From positions 1-58,534 of IMG/VR virus record IMGVR_UViG_3300017763_000017: a stretch of DNA of 58,534 nt; one strand, given 5' to 3'. Numbering within the stretch: the first letter of the stretch is position 1; every line of letters starts with the position of its first letter. The position numbers were made by a program, and so were the translations under genes. Below the pieces are notes generated by a model that was not told the origin of the DNA, searched no databases, and saw only the letters and a list, made by a program, of their open reading frames with translations. This DNA comes from a virus. Taxonomy: Duplodnaviria; Caudoviricetes. Positions 27,799 to 37,268 of this stretch are shown here, in pieces.

Positions 27799-28303
27799 TC
27801 TTTTTACTTTTCTTCTTTTTATCAAACTTTTCTATATCAGTCTTAGACAGAGAAAAATAATCAGCCAAATGTTCTTCGGGGTTTCTTTCTTCTTCAAAGT
27901 TATTATTTTTTAACCAAGAACTGAGAGTACCGCTGGTGTCCATATTCTTTAATACCTTATACTTTATGAAATTTTGTTTCTTTTCTTTTTCTATTCTTCG
28001 TATAAAAGCATAATACGTTATTTGTGTGAAATATGAAAATGGATTCTTTGACTTTTCTGGGTCAAAGTTATGTGCATACATTAAACAGTTTTCTACTGCA
28101 TCTCCAATCATGTCTTCTCTGAATGGGTAGTTTGCAAAGTTAGACTTGAATGATAAGTGCTCTGCTATTTTCCAAAAACACTCACCGATATATTCATTGA
28201 TGGGAGGCTTACCTTCTCCCTGTTCTGCGAGTTCAATTACTTTTAATTTCCACTCACTCATTTCCGCAAAAAATTTCTTGTTATCTATGTAATTATTACT
28301 CAT
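27776..28303 (-). CDS. 55: Late-transcription sigma factor gp55
   Basis: YIDNK.F, YIGECF.KIA.HLS.K.NF.NY..REDMI.D.VENCL.Y..NFDPEKS.NPFSYFTQI.YYAF.RRI.KEKKQ. Confidence 0.97.
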   Translation of the reverse strand: MSNNYIDNKKFFAEMSEWKLKVIELAEQGEGKPPINEYIGECFWKIAEHLSFKSNFANYPFREDMIGDAVENCLMYAHNFDPEKSKNPFSYFTQITYYAFIRRIEKEKKQNFIKYKVLKNMDTSGTLSSWLKNNNFEEERNPEEHLADYFSLSKTDIEKFDKKKKSKKNEDSDPK

Positions 28304-28312
28304 GTTTTTTCC

Positions 28313-28340
28313 TTGACATATTATAAAGTACCTGTAAAAT
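28313..28340 (+). promoter_or_regulatory. Sigma70-type promoter pointing away from gene 55 (antisense to the uvsW operon)
   Basis: TTGACA 28313-28318, 16-bp spacer, TAAAAT 28335-28340; overlaps a minus-strand TATAAT at 28320-28325. Confidence 0.5.
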
Positions 28341-28369
28341 CCGAGTGTAACGAGTTAAAAAGAGTAGTA

Positions 28370-28966
28370 TTAATACTCTCTTGTATCTGAACTCCAATCA
28401 GTCCAACGATTACCATAGTCTGGGTGATTGATATCATTCTCGGTGGTATCTTCACTTATTTCTTCTGATGGAAAACTAAACTCTATATCATACTCAAAAG
28501 ATCCAGATGCACCATTAGCCAATTGGTTAAGTAAATCATCTAGAGTTTGTGGAGGCTCATTTGCTTGTTGAGCTTCTACTTCATCCATCATTTCATCTAA
28601 CATTTTTTGAACATTGTTTTTCATTTCATTTTGAAATGTGTCAATGTTTTTTATTTCTCTTTTCTTACTCGTCAACTTTTTTTCCTTTTCCCTTTCATAA
28701 AGAGAAACTACTTCTTCAATGGGATTGTTGTACGAGAGAACTATAGTCTCAGGAATCTTAATGAACTTATCTGAACTATATGAAACCCAGTCTTTTAAGA
28801 CAGTAATTTCTTTTTGCATACCACTGACAGGATCAGACATGACAATTGTCTTAAATGCCATAGGAGTTTCCATGTATACTTTACCATTTTGTCTTTTTTG
28901 TATTCGGGTGATTAATTCATCACCTGTGTTTAATTTTAGGATGCGGTAAATTGAACTCATTGTCAT
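28370..28966 (-). CDS. Hypothetical protein (Sm-like N-terminus) in the uvsW-55 interval
   Basis: ILKL.TGDELI..P..W..YS....I motif; position typical of marine T4-like phages; acidic tail. Confidence 0.65.
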   Translation of the reverse strand: MTMSSIYRILKLNTGDELITRIQKRQNGKVYMETPMAFKTIVMSDPVSGMQKEITVLKDWVSYSSDKFIKIPETIVLSYNNPIEEVVSLYEREKEKKLTSKKREIKNIDTFQNEMKNNVQKMLDEMMDEVEAQQANEPPQTLDDLLNQLANGASGSFEYDIEFSFPSEEISEDTTENDINHPDYGNRWTDWSSDTREY

Positions 28967-28970
28967 CTCC

Positions 28971-30443
28971 TCATACCTTTATTCTTTTCAGTGTGTAATT
29001 AAACTTCTCATTATTATATATTCGTACACGTTCATCTAAATGTTTCATAGTATGATTAGTATAACTTTTATATGAAAGATCATCTGAAATATCATACACC
29101 TTAGTTTTACCCTTTCCTTTTGCCTTTCTGAGTCCTCTACCTATTGATTGGAGAACACGAATGACAGATTTTGATGGAGAAGAAAATATAACGTTTGCTA
29201 TACTTGGTATATTGATACCAGTAGAACACGTTCCATACGATGCAATTAGAATTGCGTTCTGTTCTTTTTCTAAAATGGTTCTTATATGTTCTCTCTGATC
29301 GGCATCTGTACCACCATAGATGAAGAATATATTTCTATCTGGAGCCTTCTCTTCAATCATTTGATGTAGTACTTTGCCGTGTAGATCTACAAAATTGAAT
29401 AGTAAAAGAGTGTTACCTTTCAGGTTCAATGTCAGATCCCGAATGAAATTATTTCGTTTTTCATTTGTGATAATAAAGTTCAGTTCGTCCTGATATGCAG
29501 CTCGTTTCATTTCATTTTTGATTTCTTGTTCGTAATCTAAAATAAGACATTCTATCTCCACATCAGTGAGAAGTTTCTTTTCTATTAGTTTCTTGGTTGA
29601 TGTAACATTATATACTGGACCAAATAAACCTTCGATAACTAGTTTATGAGTCTGTGTACCATCTAAAGTTCCAGTCGTACCAATCCTATAGTGGGCATCA
29701 GTCAACTTAGTCATAATAGATGTTAGGGACTTCGCTTTAAACAAGTGACATTCATCTCCAAATACAGCTCCGAACTGATCGAAAAACTGTTTAGGCATAT
29801 TATAGAGGCTTTGCCAAGTAGATACAACTATTTTTTTGGCAGTTTCTTTTTCCTCACCAGAAAAAATTCTATGTACATTTGATGGTACATCCCATGTACC
29901 CGCTGAGTAGTCCTCAAAGTCTCTGTAAAGCTGGTTAACCAGTCCAACGGTTGGAACTATGATTAATATTTTTTCGTTGTCATTTAAACGCATTATTGCA
30001 TCTCTGACTAGAATATAGATGATAAGAGACTTACCACTACCAGTAGGAGATAGTAGTAAAGATCTCTTATCTTTCATCGCTCGATAGCAGGCTTTAAGTT
30101 GGTGTGGATGTGGTTTTAATTTTAAGTTTAAAGATTTGATAAAGTTTGCAAACTCGTCCACAGTGTAGTCGTCTGACTCTAAAAGTTTTTCGCTGTCTAC
30201 CTCTAAACTATATTTTCTATCCTCTGCAAACTTTTTAATATAGTCCAAAAGACCCACATATATGTTTCTACTATACAAGTTAAACAGTCGTATCTGACCA
30301 TCCCAAACTTTTTTCTTATATGCAGGTGTATATTGATAATTGGGAACATAAAATGTGAAGTATTGATTCAATTCTTTTGCAATTGATTTTTCGCATTCTA
30401 TGAACAGATTTACAGCATCTTTTTGTTTTATAACTAAATCCAT
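28971..30443 (-). CDS. uvsW: UvsW SF2 helicase
   Basis: WDGQIRL, SPTGSGKS, STWQS, GDECH, GTTGT, QSIGRGLR. Confidence 0.96.
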   Translation of the reverse strand: MDLVIKQKDAVNLFIECEKSIAKELNQYFTFYVPNYQYTPAYKKKVWDGQIRLFNLYSRNIYVGLLDYIKKFAEDRKYSLEVDSEKLLESDDYTVDEFANFIKSLNLKLKPHPHQLKACYRAMKDKRSLLLSPTGSGKSLIIYILVRDAIMRLNDNEKILIIVPTVGLVNQLYRDFEDYSAGTWDVPSNVHRIFSGEEKETAKKIVVSTWQSLYNMPKQFFDQFGAVFGDECHLFKAKSLTSIMTKLTDAHYRIGTTGTLDGTQTHKLVIEGLFGPVYNVTSTKKLIEKKLLTDVEIECLILDYEQEIKNEMKRAAYQDELNFIITNEKRNNFIRDLTLNLKGNTLLLFNFVDLHGKVLHQMIEEKAPDRNIFFIYGGTDADQREHIRTILEKEQNAILIASYGTCSTGINIPSIANVIFSSPSKSVIRVLQSIGRGLRKAKGKGKTKVYDISDDLSYKSYTNHTMKHLDERVRIYNNEKFNYTLKRIKV

Positions 30444-30877
30444 CAGATACCCTGTGTAAACTTAATCCACTCAATGGCAGATTTTATGTTCCATTGTCTT
30501 CCAGTGATTATTTTTATCACTTGTTCTAGATAAGAAACTACAGAGTTTTGTAGTGATATTTTTGCTCTTAATTTTTGCAAGTCAAGATCTGCGTCCATAA
30601 ACATGGGAATATCGGTTTTTAATATAACATGCTCAAAAGGATCCCAGTCTTTTCTTTTTAGATCGTCATCTCCCATCTTGCCACTGTAATACAACCACTT
30701 ATCCCGCTTCATTATTTTTTCTTGGAACGATAGCTTTTCCAACTCCAATTTAGAGTTTTCGTGCATAATCAAATATTTGTTATGTAACTGGGGAGTTTTT
30801 AACGATTCTGAATTTAAATCTGTTTCATCAATAAATATGTCTTCTTTTACCATTTCACGAAGAGATTCAATGTCCAT
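30443..30877 (-). CDS. uvsY: UvsY recombination mediator
   Basis: ESLK.PQLH.KYL, KW.YY.GK, R.WNIK.AIEW.KF..G. Confidence 0.93.
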   Translation of the reverse strand: MDIESLREMVKEDIFIDETDLNSESLKTPQLHNKYLIMHENSKLELEKLSFQEKIMKRDKWLYYSGKMGDDDLKRKDWDPFEHVILKTDIPMFMDADLDLQKLRAKISLQNSVVSYLEQVIKIITGRQWNIKSAIEWIKFTQGI

Positions 30878-30887
30878 ACATTCTCCA

Positions 30888-31409
30888 TCATACTGTTTCT
30901 AAATCATAATAAGAATATCTAAACGTCACTGAAGAAGATAGCTGAATACTATCTGCAGAAGTTGTAGTAAAGGAAAACCCAGTTAGTGATATAGGAAACA
31001 TATTGTAAAAACTAAATTTAAATTCTGGTTTATACGCACTGTTTAATATAATTAATTCACCAACCGTGGTAGATACATTACAATCATTGTACATGATTTC
31101 TTCTGTTTCTTCATTCATTGGACCCAGTCTTTTGAGCCACTCATATATTTCTCTCCAACTCTCTAGTTTTTCATCTACCAAAAACGAAAGTGTTAGATCT
31201 TCAAAAATATACTTACCTGTTGCTGTTGGTATGTTAACACCAAAGGCAGTATTTAAATCTGCACTGATAAATTCAATGGAAGGAACGTTCACCCCAGTAA
31301 CATAATTCGACAGAATTGGAATTCTGGATGTATTGAATTTAAACTGATTTGCTGTTAGCAAATTAGAAGTGCTAGGTGTGCTACCAAGATGTCTGGGATC
31401 GTTGCTCAT
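30888..31409 (-). CDS. 3: Tail tube terminator / sheath stabiliser gp3
   Basis: N.L....FKF, VNVP.I, FLVDE.L..W.EIY.W, FPISL, VTF.Y.YY. Confidence 0.9.
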   Translation of the reverse strand: MSNDPRHLGSTPSTSNLLTANQFKFNTSRIPILSNYVTGVNVPSIEFISADLNTAFGVNIPTATGKYIFEDLTLSFLVDEKLESWREIYEWLKRLGPMNEETEEIMYNDCNVSTTVGELIILNSAYKPEFKFSFYNMFPISLTGFSFTTTSADSIQLSSSVTFRYSYYDLETV

Positions 31410-31414
31410 AATAC

Positions 31415-31422
31415 TATTTATA
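31415..31422 (-). promoter_or_regulatory. T4 late promoter TATAAATA upstream of gene 3
   Basis: Exact consensus immediately after the gene 23 terminator. Confidence 0.8.
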
Positions 31423-31423
31423 C

Positions 31424-31457
31424 AAAAAAAAGGAGCACTCCGAAGAGTGCTCCCTTT
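31424..31457 (-). terminator. Rho-independent terminator after gene 23 with C(UUCG)G tetraloop
   Basis: Minus strand GGAGCACTC-TTCG-GAGTGCTCC followed by T8; T-run on the other side too. Confidence 0.93.
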
Positions 31458-31475
31458 TCGTTTTTGACTGGACTA

Positions 31476-32891
31476 TCAACCAGTTGTACCACCAGCAGCA
31501 AAACCGTGGAGGTTCTTGACTGCGAAGATGCGGTAGTACTGGTTTCCACCGAGTGTACCAAGAACTGTGCTCTCGGCGAATGGGTTGGCAACCATACCGT
31601 ATCGAGTCTTGAACCCGATCTTTGGCTGGAAGGTGTCGTGATCGACAGCTCTTACCATCTGGAGTGGAACGTATGGGCAGTAGAAGAAACCTGCGTCATA
31701 TGGGTTAGTACCCTTATAACCGACTACTGCGTAGTCACCGTAAGCGTGACCTGCACCAACTGAACCGGCGGAGTATGGGTCAACGTAGACCTTGAACTTA
31801 CCGTTGAGTGTACCAACGAAAGTGTTACCGGTGTCATCTGGATCGAGTGCAACGTTCATTGCTGGTGAGATGTTGAGGAATCCACCCATTGCGAGGGCAG
31901 AAGCAACATCAGCGGTGCAGAGAACGAAGTTACCCTTACCACGACGTGTTTCCTTAGCGATCTGGTTGGCTTCACGCTCGATTTGGAACATGAGACCACG
32001 GAATCTTTCAGCACTCCAGCGACCATCAGAGTCAGCGTAGAGGTCATAGATACCATCAGTAGCGATGTCGTTCTGCTTTGCACCAAGCTTGGCGTTGGTG
32101 TAGAGAGTACGGATGACTTCGCGGTTGATTTCACTAAGAATCTCGGTACTGAGGATGTTGGCGAGTTCAGTCTCGGCGTCGAGTCCGTGAACAGCCTTGA
32201 GGTCCTGAGCGAGTTCTGTGGTGTATTCAGCCTTGAGAGCCTTGGTCTTCGCTTCGACGGCAATTCTGTCGATTGAGAAGCCCATGTCAGCAAAGTCCTT
32301 ACCAGCAGCACCAGAAAGTGATTCAGCCTGCGATGTTGACATACCACGGAAGTCTAGTCCGGTTGCAGGAAGACCTTGGTTAGCATTACCGGTGAGCAGG
32401 TCCTCTTGTGTTGCACCACTAGAGAATGGAGAAGCAGAAAGACCTGCACTTGGAGCGGATGCTTCTGTGGCACCTGCGAATGCGTTGGCTTCTTGGAAGA
32501 GAGCTTCAGCACCACCTGTACCGCCACCGTACTTGCTCTTGAGTGCAAAGATAAGACCGGTTGGAGCGGTCATTGGCTGAACACCGCAGAGGTCATATGC
32601 CATTAGGTTTGGCATAGCACGACGAACAAGGCTGATTAGGATTGGATCGTAACCAGCGAGGTTACCAGCACTACCAACCTGTGCGTTTGAGAAGCCACCA
32701 CCCATGTTGTTGGCTGGCTGCTCAACAAGCATTTGCTCGCGGAGTGCGTCCTGTTGGTTTTCGAGGAGAACAGCGGTGGTTCTCTTCTTGTGATAATCTT
32801 CGATATTATCGAGTGAGTCATGGTCTAGAAGTGGTGACCACTTCTCGACTAGCTCGTCATATGGGGTTGAATCGTCTTTATGTGTGAACAT
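31476..32891 (-). CDS. 23: Major capsid protein gp23
   Basis: KW.PLL, DPILISLVRRAMPNL.AYD.CGVQPM..PTGLIFA, LKAEYT.ELAQDLKAVHGLDAE.EL.NILS.EI, FYCPYVPL, FQPKIGFKTRYG. Confidence 0.99.
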   Translation of the reverse strand: MFTHKDDSTPYDELVEKWSPLLDHDSLDNIEDYHKKRTTAVLLENQQDALREQMLVEQPANNMGGGFSNAQVGSAGNLAGYDPILISLVRRAMPNLMAYDLCGVQPMTAPTGLIFALKSKYGGGTGGAEALFQEANAFAGATEASAPSAGLSASPFSSGATQEDLLTGNANQGLPATGLDFRGMSTSQAESLSGAAGKDFADMGFSIDRIAVEAKTKALKAEYTTELAQDLKAVHGLDAETELANILSTEILSEINREVIRTLYTNAKLGAKQNDIATDGIYDLYADSDGRWSAERFRGLMFQIEREANQIAKETRRGKGNFVLCTADVASALAMGGFLNISPAMNVALDPDDTGNTFVGTLNGKFKVYVDPYSAGSVGAGHAYGDYAVVGYKGTNPYDAGFFYCPYVPLQMVRAVDHDTFQPKIGFKTRYGMVANPFAESTVLGTLGGNQYYRIFAVKNLHGFAAGGTTG

Positions 32892-32917
32892 GTCCTATTT
32901 CTCCTTAGAAATTTAAA

Positions 32918-33949
32918 TTATTTGTTTCTGTTCTGAAAACCGATTGCTCTAGTATAAGCGTCCATGAGGGTGTCGGTAGCACCATCAGTCTTTACATCTT
33001 CTGATAGCATTCTAGGTGCAGATTCTTCTGTGCTTGTTTCAGAAGAAGCAACGTTACCTAAGAATGATTCTTTAACTATTTGGAGCTTTCTGTTATATTG
33101 ATCATAATCTTCAAACTCTACTGTCTCTGCTAAATGTGCAAATCTTTCAACCTCTGTATCTGTGAGGTCTTCACACATTGTTGCAAAGATGGATTGAGCT
33201 GCAGTTACGTTAAGAGCTTTGGTCAACTCAATGTTTCTTTCCATTTGAGTATTAAGTTGCTCTTCAAGATCTTCCTTGACTGAGTGAAGTTCTTCAACAA
33301 CTTTGACCTTTTCTTCTGGCATTTCAATATAGTGAGCTTCGAAGAGTGACTTGAGACCGGAAAGGAAAGATTCAGCAATATCTGACTGAATACCTCTTTC
33401 GATTGCAATCTGGTTGTCGGTTGTCCATTCTTCTACAACATAAGAAAGGAAGTCATCAAGTTTTTCTGAAAGATCTTCTGCAATAGTTTCAACTTGACTG
33501 TTGAGTGTATTGTCAAAAGATTCTTGCATTTCTGCTTGAATGAAATTAATTCTTTCTTCTAGTGCAGCATCAAAGACCGTGGTGAGTTTCTCCATGAGTT
33601 CTGGGGAAAGATCGTTCTCACCAAAGAGATTTGAGAGGTAGTCAGCAGAAGTGTTTTCTTTAACTTCTTCTTCTTCCTCTTTCTTCTCTTTCTTTGGAGC
33701 TGAACCACCAGCACTACCTTCGGCATCAGAAGGTTTGGCTGCGATTGTAGCCATGTTCTGTGCAGCGTCGTGAGGTGTTTCTAGAGTTCCGAGTTGAGCA
33801 CCTTTACCAGTTGCGTCTTGGTAAAGTGCTGGATCGTCGAAGCCACTAGGATCTACAGTTTTAGCGGCGTCTGTTGATTCTTTAAATGAACGGAGACCCT
33901 TGTCTACAGCCTCTGCAAGTTCTTCTTTGAATGTTTCTTTTGTACTCAT
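32918..33949 (-). CDS. 22: Prohead core scaffold gp22
   Basis: Acidic coiled coil; LD.FL.YVVEEW...N.IAIE.GI..DIAESF..GLK.LFE.HYI..PEEK; M.AY C-terminus. Confidence 0.93.
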   Translation of the reverse strand: MSTKETFKEELAEAVDKGLRSFKESTDAAKTVDPSGFDDPALYQDATGKGAQLGTLETPHDAAQNMATIAAKPSDAEGSAGGSAPKKEKKEEEEEVKENTSADYLSNLFGENDLSPELMEKLTTVFDAALEERINFIQAEMQESFDNTLNSQVETIAEDLSEKLDDFLSYVVEEWTTDNQIAIERGIQSDIAESFLSGLKSLFEAHYIEMPEEKVKVVEELHSVKEDLEEQLNTQMERNIELTKALNVTAAQSIFATMCEDLTDTEVERFAHLAETVEFEDYDQYNRKLQIVKESFLGNVASSETSTEESAPRMLSEDVKTDGATDTLMDAYTRAIGFQNRNK

Positions 33950-33977
33950 CAATAAGCTCCTTGATGCCTTTCTGGAA

Positions 33978-33985
33978 TATTTATA
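33978..33985 (-). promoter_or_regulatory. T4 late promoter TATAAATA upstream of gene 22
   Basis: Exact consensus, intergenic, followed by AAGGAG RBS. Confidence 0.8.
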
Positions 33986-34020
33986 AAAACTAGATTCTTA
34001 AAAATATAAGTTGTATACTT

Positions 34021-34662
34021 TCATATTTTTCTTAAAAAATCTTCGAACAGTTGAGTAAACTTCTTTTCCATATCTCTGGATGAAGTTCTCTTAATTTCTT
34101 CCTTGTAATGGGAAATTTCTCTTTCTTTGAGAATACCATTATCCCAAATCCATTCCTTTCCTTCCATGATACCGTCAACAAAGGCATCGGGAGCTGAGGG
34201 GTCTGCTACGATATCAACCGCAGCAAGCATAAAATCAGGTTGAACCATATTGACTCCACCCTCAGACTTAAGTGAACCCATACCTCGTGTTGATACACCA
34301 AGTTTGGCACCTTCGTCCATTAGGTTTTGTACAATTTTACCCATCGGTGTATCCATAATTTTAGCTTTACCATTAAAATTTTTACCTTCACACTGAAGGT
34401 CTTTAATGATATGTGATACACGATCTAAATTAACAGTTGGACCCTTTGGGTGGTTGAGTTCACCAAAGGCTCTATTCTTTTCCACAAACTCATTAATGTA
34501 AGAATCTACCTTTGGAGATAATACTTCCATTGGATATATTCTACCATTTCTGTTTTTCTGTTCTGCTTGCATGAAAATGCCAGAAATGAAATAGTTTTTC
34601 TTCCCATCGGAATCTTCAACTAGCAACTCAACGTCTTCGTTCATTTCTGTTATTAGTTTCAT
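34021..34662 (-). CDS. 21: Prohead protease gp21
   Basis: GIFMQAE.KNRNGR.YP, GELNHP.GP..NLDRVSH, LGVS.RGMGS, DIVADPSAPDAFV.GIME. Confidence 0.97.
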   Translation of the reverse strand: MKLITEMNEDVELLVEDSDGKKNYFISGIFMQAEQKNRNGRIYPMEVLSPKVDSYINEFVEKNRAFGELNHPKGPTVNLDRVSHIIKDLQCEGKNFNGKAKIMDTPMGKIVQNLMDEGAKLGVSTRGMGSLKSEGGVNMVQPDFMLAAVDIVADPSAPDAFVDGIMEGKEWIWDNGILKEREISHYKEEIKRTSSRDMEKKFTQLFEDFLRKI

Positions 34663-35099
34663 CAATATGCATCCGTTCCTGAGTTTGCAGCACCACCGGC
34701 TTTAGCCATAGCTGCTAAGATTTCTTTTTTCTTCTTAGAAAGGTCGCCGGGTTCGTCTTTAGGAGCACCGTCTGGTCTTAGGTTGTCTGCACCCTGTGGG
34801 GTCTTACCACCTTCACCTTTTGGTTCTTCTTCGTCGTATTCTTCCTTGACCGATTCCTTATCCTTAAGAGCAGATTTCATTGACTCTTCTTTATCGCCAT
34901 CTTTATCGAAATCTAGGAAATCTGGCTTACCCTTACCCTTCTTGTGCTTTTTCTTTTCGCCTAGAAGAGTTGGTGCAATATCAACGTACATTTCATTTAG
35001 GTGGTTACCTAACTTCTCGTAAAGAAGATCATGAATTTCGTTTTTTGCACCGATTAAGTTCTCATCAATTAGTTCTTTAATAATTTTGTGTGTACTCAT
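34662..35099 (-). CDS. Prohead core protein (gp67/gp68 position)
   Basis: Charged protein between 20 and 21; DFDKDGD motif; GAGGA RBS before MSTHK. Confidence 0.6.
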   Translation of the reverse strand: MSTHKIIKELIDENLIGAKNEIHDLLYEKLGNHLNEMYVDIAPTLLGEKKKHKKGKGKPDFLDFDKDGDKEESMKSALKDKESVKEEYDEEEPKGEGGKTPQGADNLRPDGAPKDEPGDLSKKKKEILAAMAKAGGAANSGTDAY

Positions 35100-35132
35100 T
35101 GGTGTCCTCATTTACAGGGGGTTTGTATAAAC

Positions 35133-35140
35133 TATGTATA
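35133..35140 (-). promoter_or_regulatory. Late promoter variant TATACATA
   Basis: One mismatch to TATAAATA, intergenic directly after gene 20. Confidence 0.55.
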
Positions 35141-35144
35141 TTTT

Positions 35145-36719
35145 TTAGGCTTGTGGAGGAGCTGGTGCCGGAGCCTCTGGTGGTGGTAGCATTCCGGGAG
35201 GAGGTGCAGCAGCAGCAGTTTCCATCTCAGCTTTTTGTCTATCTGCGGTGTTCTGAGAATCAATAAGAGTTATTTCTTCTTCGGACTGTTGTAAAATATG
35301 TTTTCTTACATATTCAGTAGAATAATACTTACCAACTAATGGATCTATTTGACCTAAAAGTTGCAATCTTTCTTTAAGAATTTCTGTGTCTCTTAATTCA
35401 TTGAAGTATGAATCTTCATTAAAATCATAAACTACATTTTGATTTAGATCATCCCAGTCCGTTTCTGCTATTACACCTTTGAGTAATAACTGCTTTCGTA
35501 ATACGTCGTTAAACAGAGTTGCAAATCTATTTCTAAGTCTTTGAATAAACTTATAAAACTTTACTTCATCACGGGTAATTTCTGCAGATCTACCCATGTT
35601 AAAACCATTTTGAGTTTCTAGTCTAGACAGAGGTACGTTTAGTGCTCGGTATAGTTTTCTCTGTAGGTACTCTACGTCCTCCATTTGACCTAGATTCTGT
35701 CCTCCGGATAGAGTACTAATTTCAGTGCCTCTACCACCCTCTCTTCGTGGTAACCAATAATCCTCAAGCATGTGGAGATGATTTCTGTCATCCCTCACCT
35801 CACCAGTTGATTGGTTATAAACAAGTTTATTTCTATACCTGTTCATAAGTTCTTTTAGGTACTGTTCGGCTTTTTGTTTTGGTAAGTTACCTACATCAAT
35901 ATAGAAAATTCTTCTTTCTGGTGCGCGAGATATTCTGTAAATAACCACAGCATCTTCGATTTGACGAAGCATGTTTACAGGACGAATTGCTTTCTGTAAG
36001 TAACCAACTACCTGTTTGGTTGTATAATCGACTATACCACTATGTGCATATGCAATAGAATCCGGAATAATCTTTAATCCACCAGCACCAGTGTATGTGT
36101 TGCTTTGCTTATCACTGTCTGTATAAAGATAAAATTCTTCTATACTAGAAATAATTGGTACAGAAGTAGGACCCTTGGTATATGGTTTTTTATTTACTTT
36201 TCGTACTTTTTTTATCTTAACTGGATCTATTGGTCTGAGTTCTTTGATTCCAGCTCTAGGGTTTTCGGTGTCTATAATAATTTGAAAGTAACATCTACCA
36301 TCAATATACCATCTACGAAATATCTCGTATGCTTTATTTGAAAAATCAAACATCTTTAAAATGTTATCAAATTCTTTGTGTATTTTAGTTTTAATATTGT
36401 CAGAAAACCCTGTGTTTGCAAGATTTAATTTTACTGGTTTTCTATCCTGACCCATTATGATTGAGTCATTTATAATATCCTCAATAGCCATATCAACTTC
36501 TGGATAAAGTGCTATATTCCGATATGTGTGTATAAATTGATTTTCGTTCTGTATACCACCACTAAAATCAACGTAGGTTCCCATGAACCCACCGCTGTTT
36601 ATTGTTTGAGCACCATCGTACTCATCAGGAGAAACAAACGCCTCTTGTTTAAGAGATGTTTGAATTTCTTCTTCTTTTGATTTTTTCCCTATGGAAAATC
36701 CGAATAAGTCAATAGCCAT
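35145..36719 (-). CDS. 20: Portal protein gp20
   Basis: LFGFSI, FRRWYIDG, EDAVVIYRISRAPERRIFYIDVGNLPK.KAEQYL, EDYWLPRREGGRGTEI.TL.GGQNLG. Confidence 0.99.
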   Translation of the reverse strand: MAIDLFGFSIGKKSKEEEIQTSLKQEAFVSPDEYDGAQTINSGGFMGTYVDFSGGIQNENQFIHTYRNIALYPEVDMAIEDIINDSIIMGQDRKPVKLNLANTGFSDNIKTKIHKEFDNILKMFDFSNKAYEIFRRWYIDGRCYFQIIIDTENPRAGIKELRPIDPVKIKKVRKVNKKPYTKGPTSVPIISSIEEFYLYTDSDKQSNTYTGAGGLKIIPDSIAYAHSGIVDYTTKQVVGYLQKAIRPVNMLRQIEDAVVIYRISRAPERRIFYIDVGNLPKQKAEQYLKELMNRYRNKLVYNQSTGEVRDDRNHLHMLEDYWLPRREGGRGTEISTLSGGQNLGQMEDVEYLQRKLYRALNVPLSRLETQNGFNMGRSAEITRDEVKFYKFIQRLRNRFATLFNDVLRKQLLLKGVIAETDWDDLNQNVVYDFNEDSYFNELRDTEILKERLQLLGQIDPLVGKYYSTEYVRKHILQQSEEEITLIDSQNTADRQKAEMETAAAAPPPGMLPPPEAPAPAPPQA

Positions 36720-36734
36720 TATATATCTCCGTTA

Positions 36735-37265
36735 TCACACGCCAGTAAAGTATTCATATTCGACCATGCATTGAAATTGAACTAAGTTATCCATAGCACC
36801 ATGCTGCAATTCAACTGGACCAACCATCGTTGGCCAACAATTATGTAAAGTAATTTGTTTAAGAACAGTGCTACCATTCAGATCATAATGTCCAATTGTC
36901 CAGTCTGCAACAAAATCAGAACCATCTGGATTAAATTGAGTTATATTGCTGAAGTGCTGATTTATTCGATCACTCCATTCGTGAAGTGCTCTCCAAACAG
37001 TTTTACCCGAACTGTATGCCTTTGGTGAATCATAAACAGTAAAGTTCCAAGGAGAATATCTTCTATCTCCCGGTAGTTTTAATATACGACCTCTGAACGC
37101 AACCGGAATTGCCGGTAGTTCTGCCGCAGGTAAAGAAGCAGCAGATACTTCTGCTCTAAGACTATTGGAGAATCCCGGAATGATCATATTAACATCATAC
37201 CGGTTTGCCCTTGTACCAAGACCAACTCTATCTTTAAAGTCTTGTAGTTTTAGATCGAGAGCCAT
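36735..37265 (-). CDS. 19: Tail tube protein gp19
   Basis: G.R.N.Y.V, AASLP, V.FRGR.LK.PGDR.Y..W..TV, CWPT.VG..EL. Confidence 0.92.
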   Translation of the reverse strand: MALDLKLQDFKDRVGLGTRANRYDVNMIIPGFSNSLRAEVSAASLPAAELPAIPVAFRGRILKLPGDRRYSPWNFTVYDSPKAYSSGKTVWRALHEWSDRINQHFSNITQFNPDGSDFVADWTIGHYDLNGSTVLKQITLHNCWPTMVGPVELQHGAMDNLVQFQCMVEYEYFTGV

Positions 37266-37268
37266 CTA

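Noticed and set aside
31389-32887. Cluster of overlapping alternative ORFs within gene 23
   Set aside because: Expected from its strong codon bias; no supporting signals
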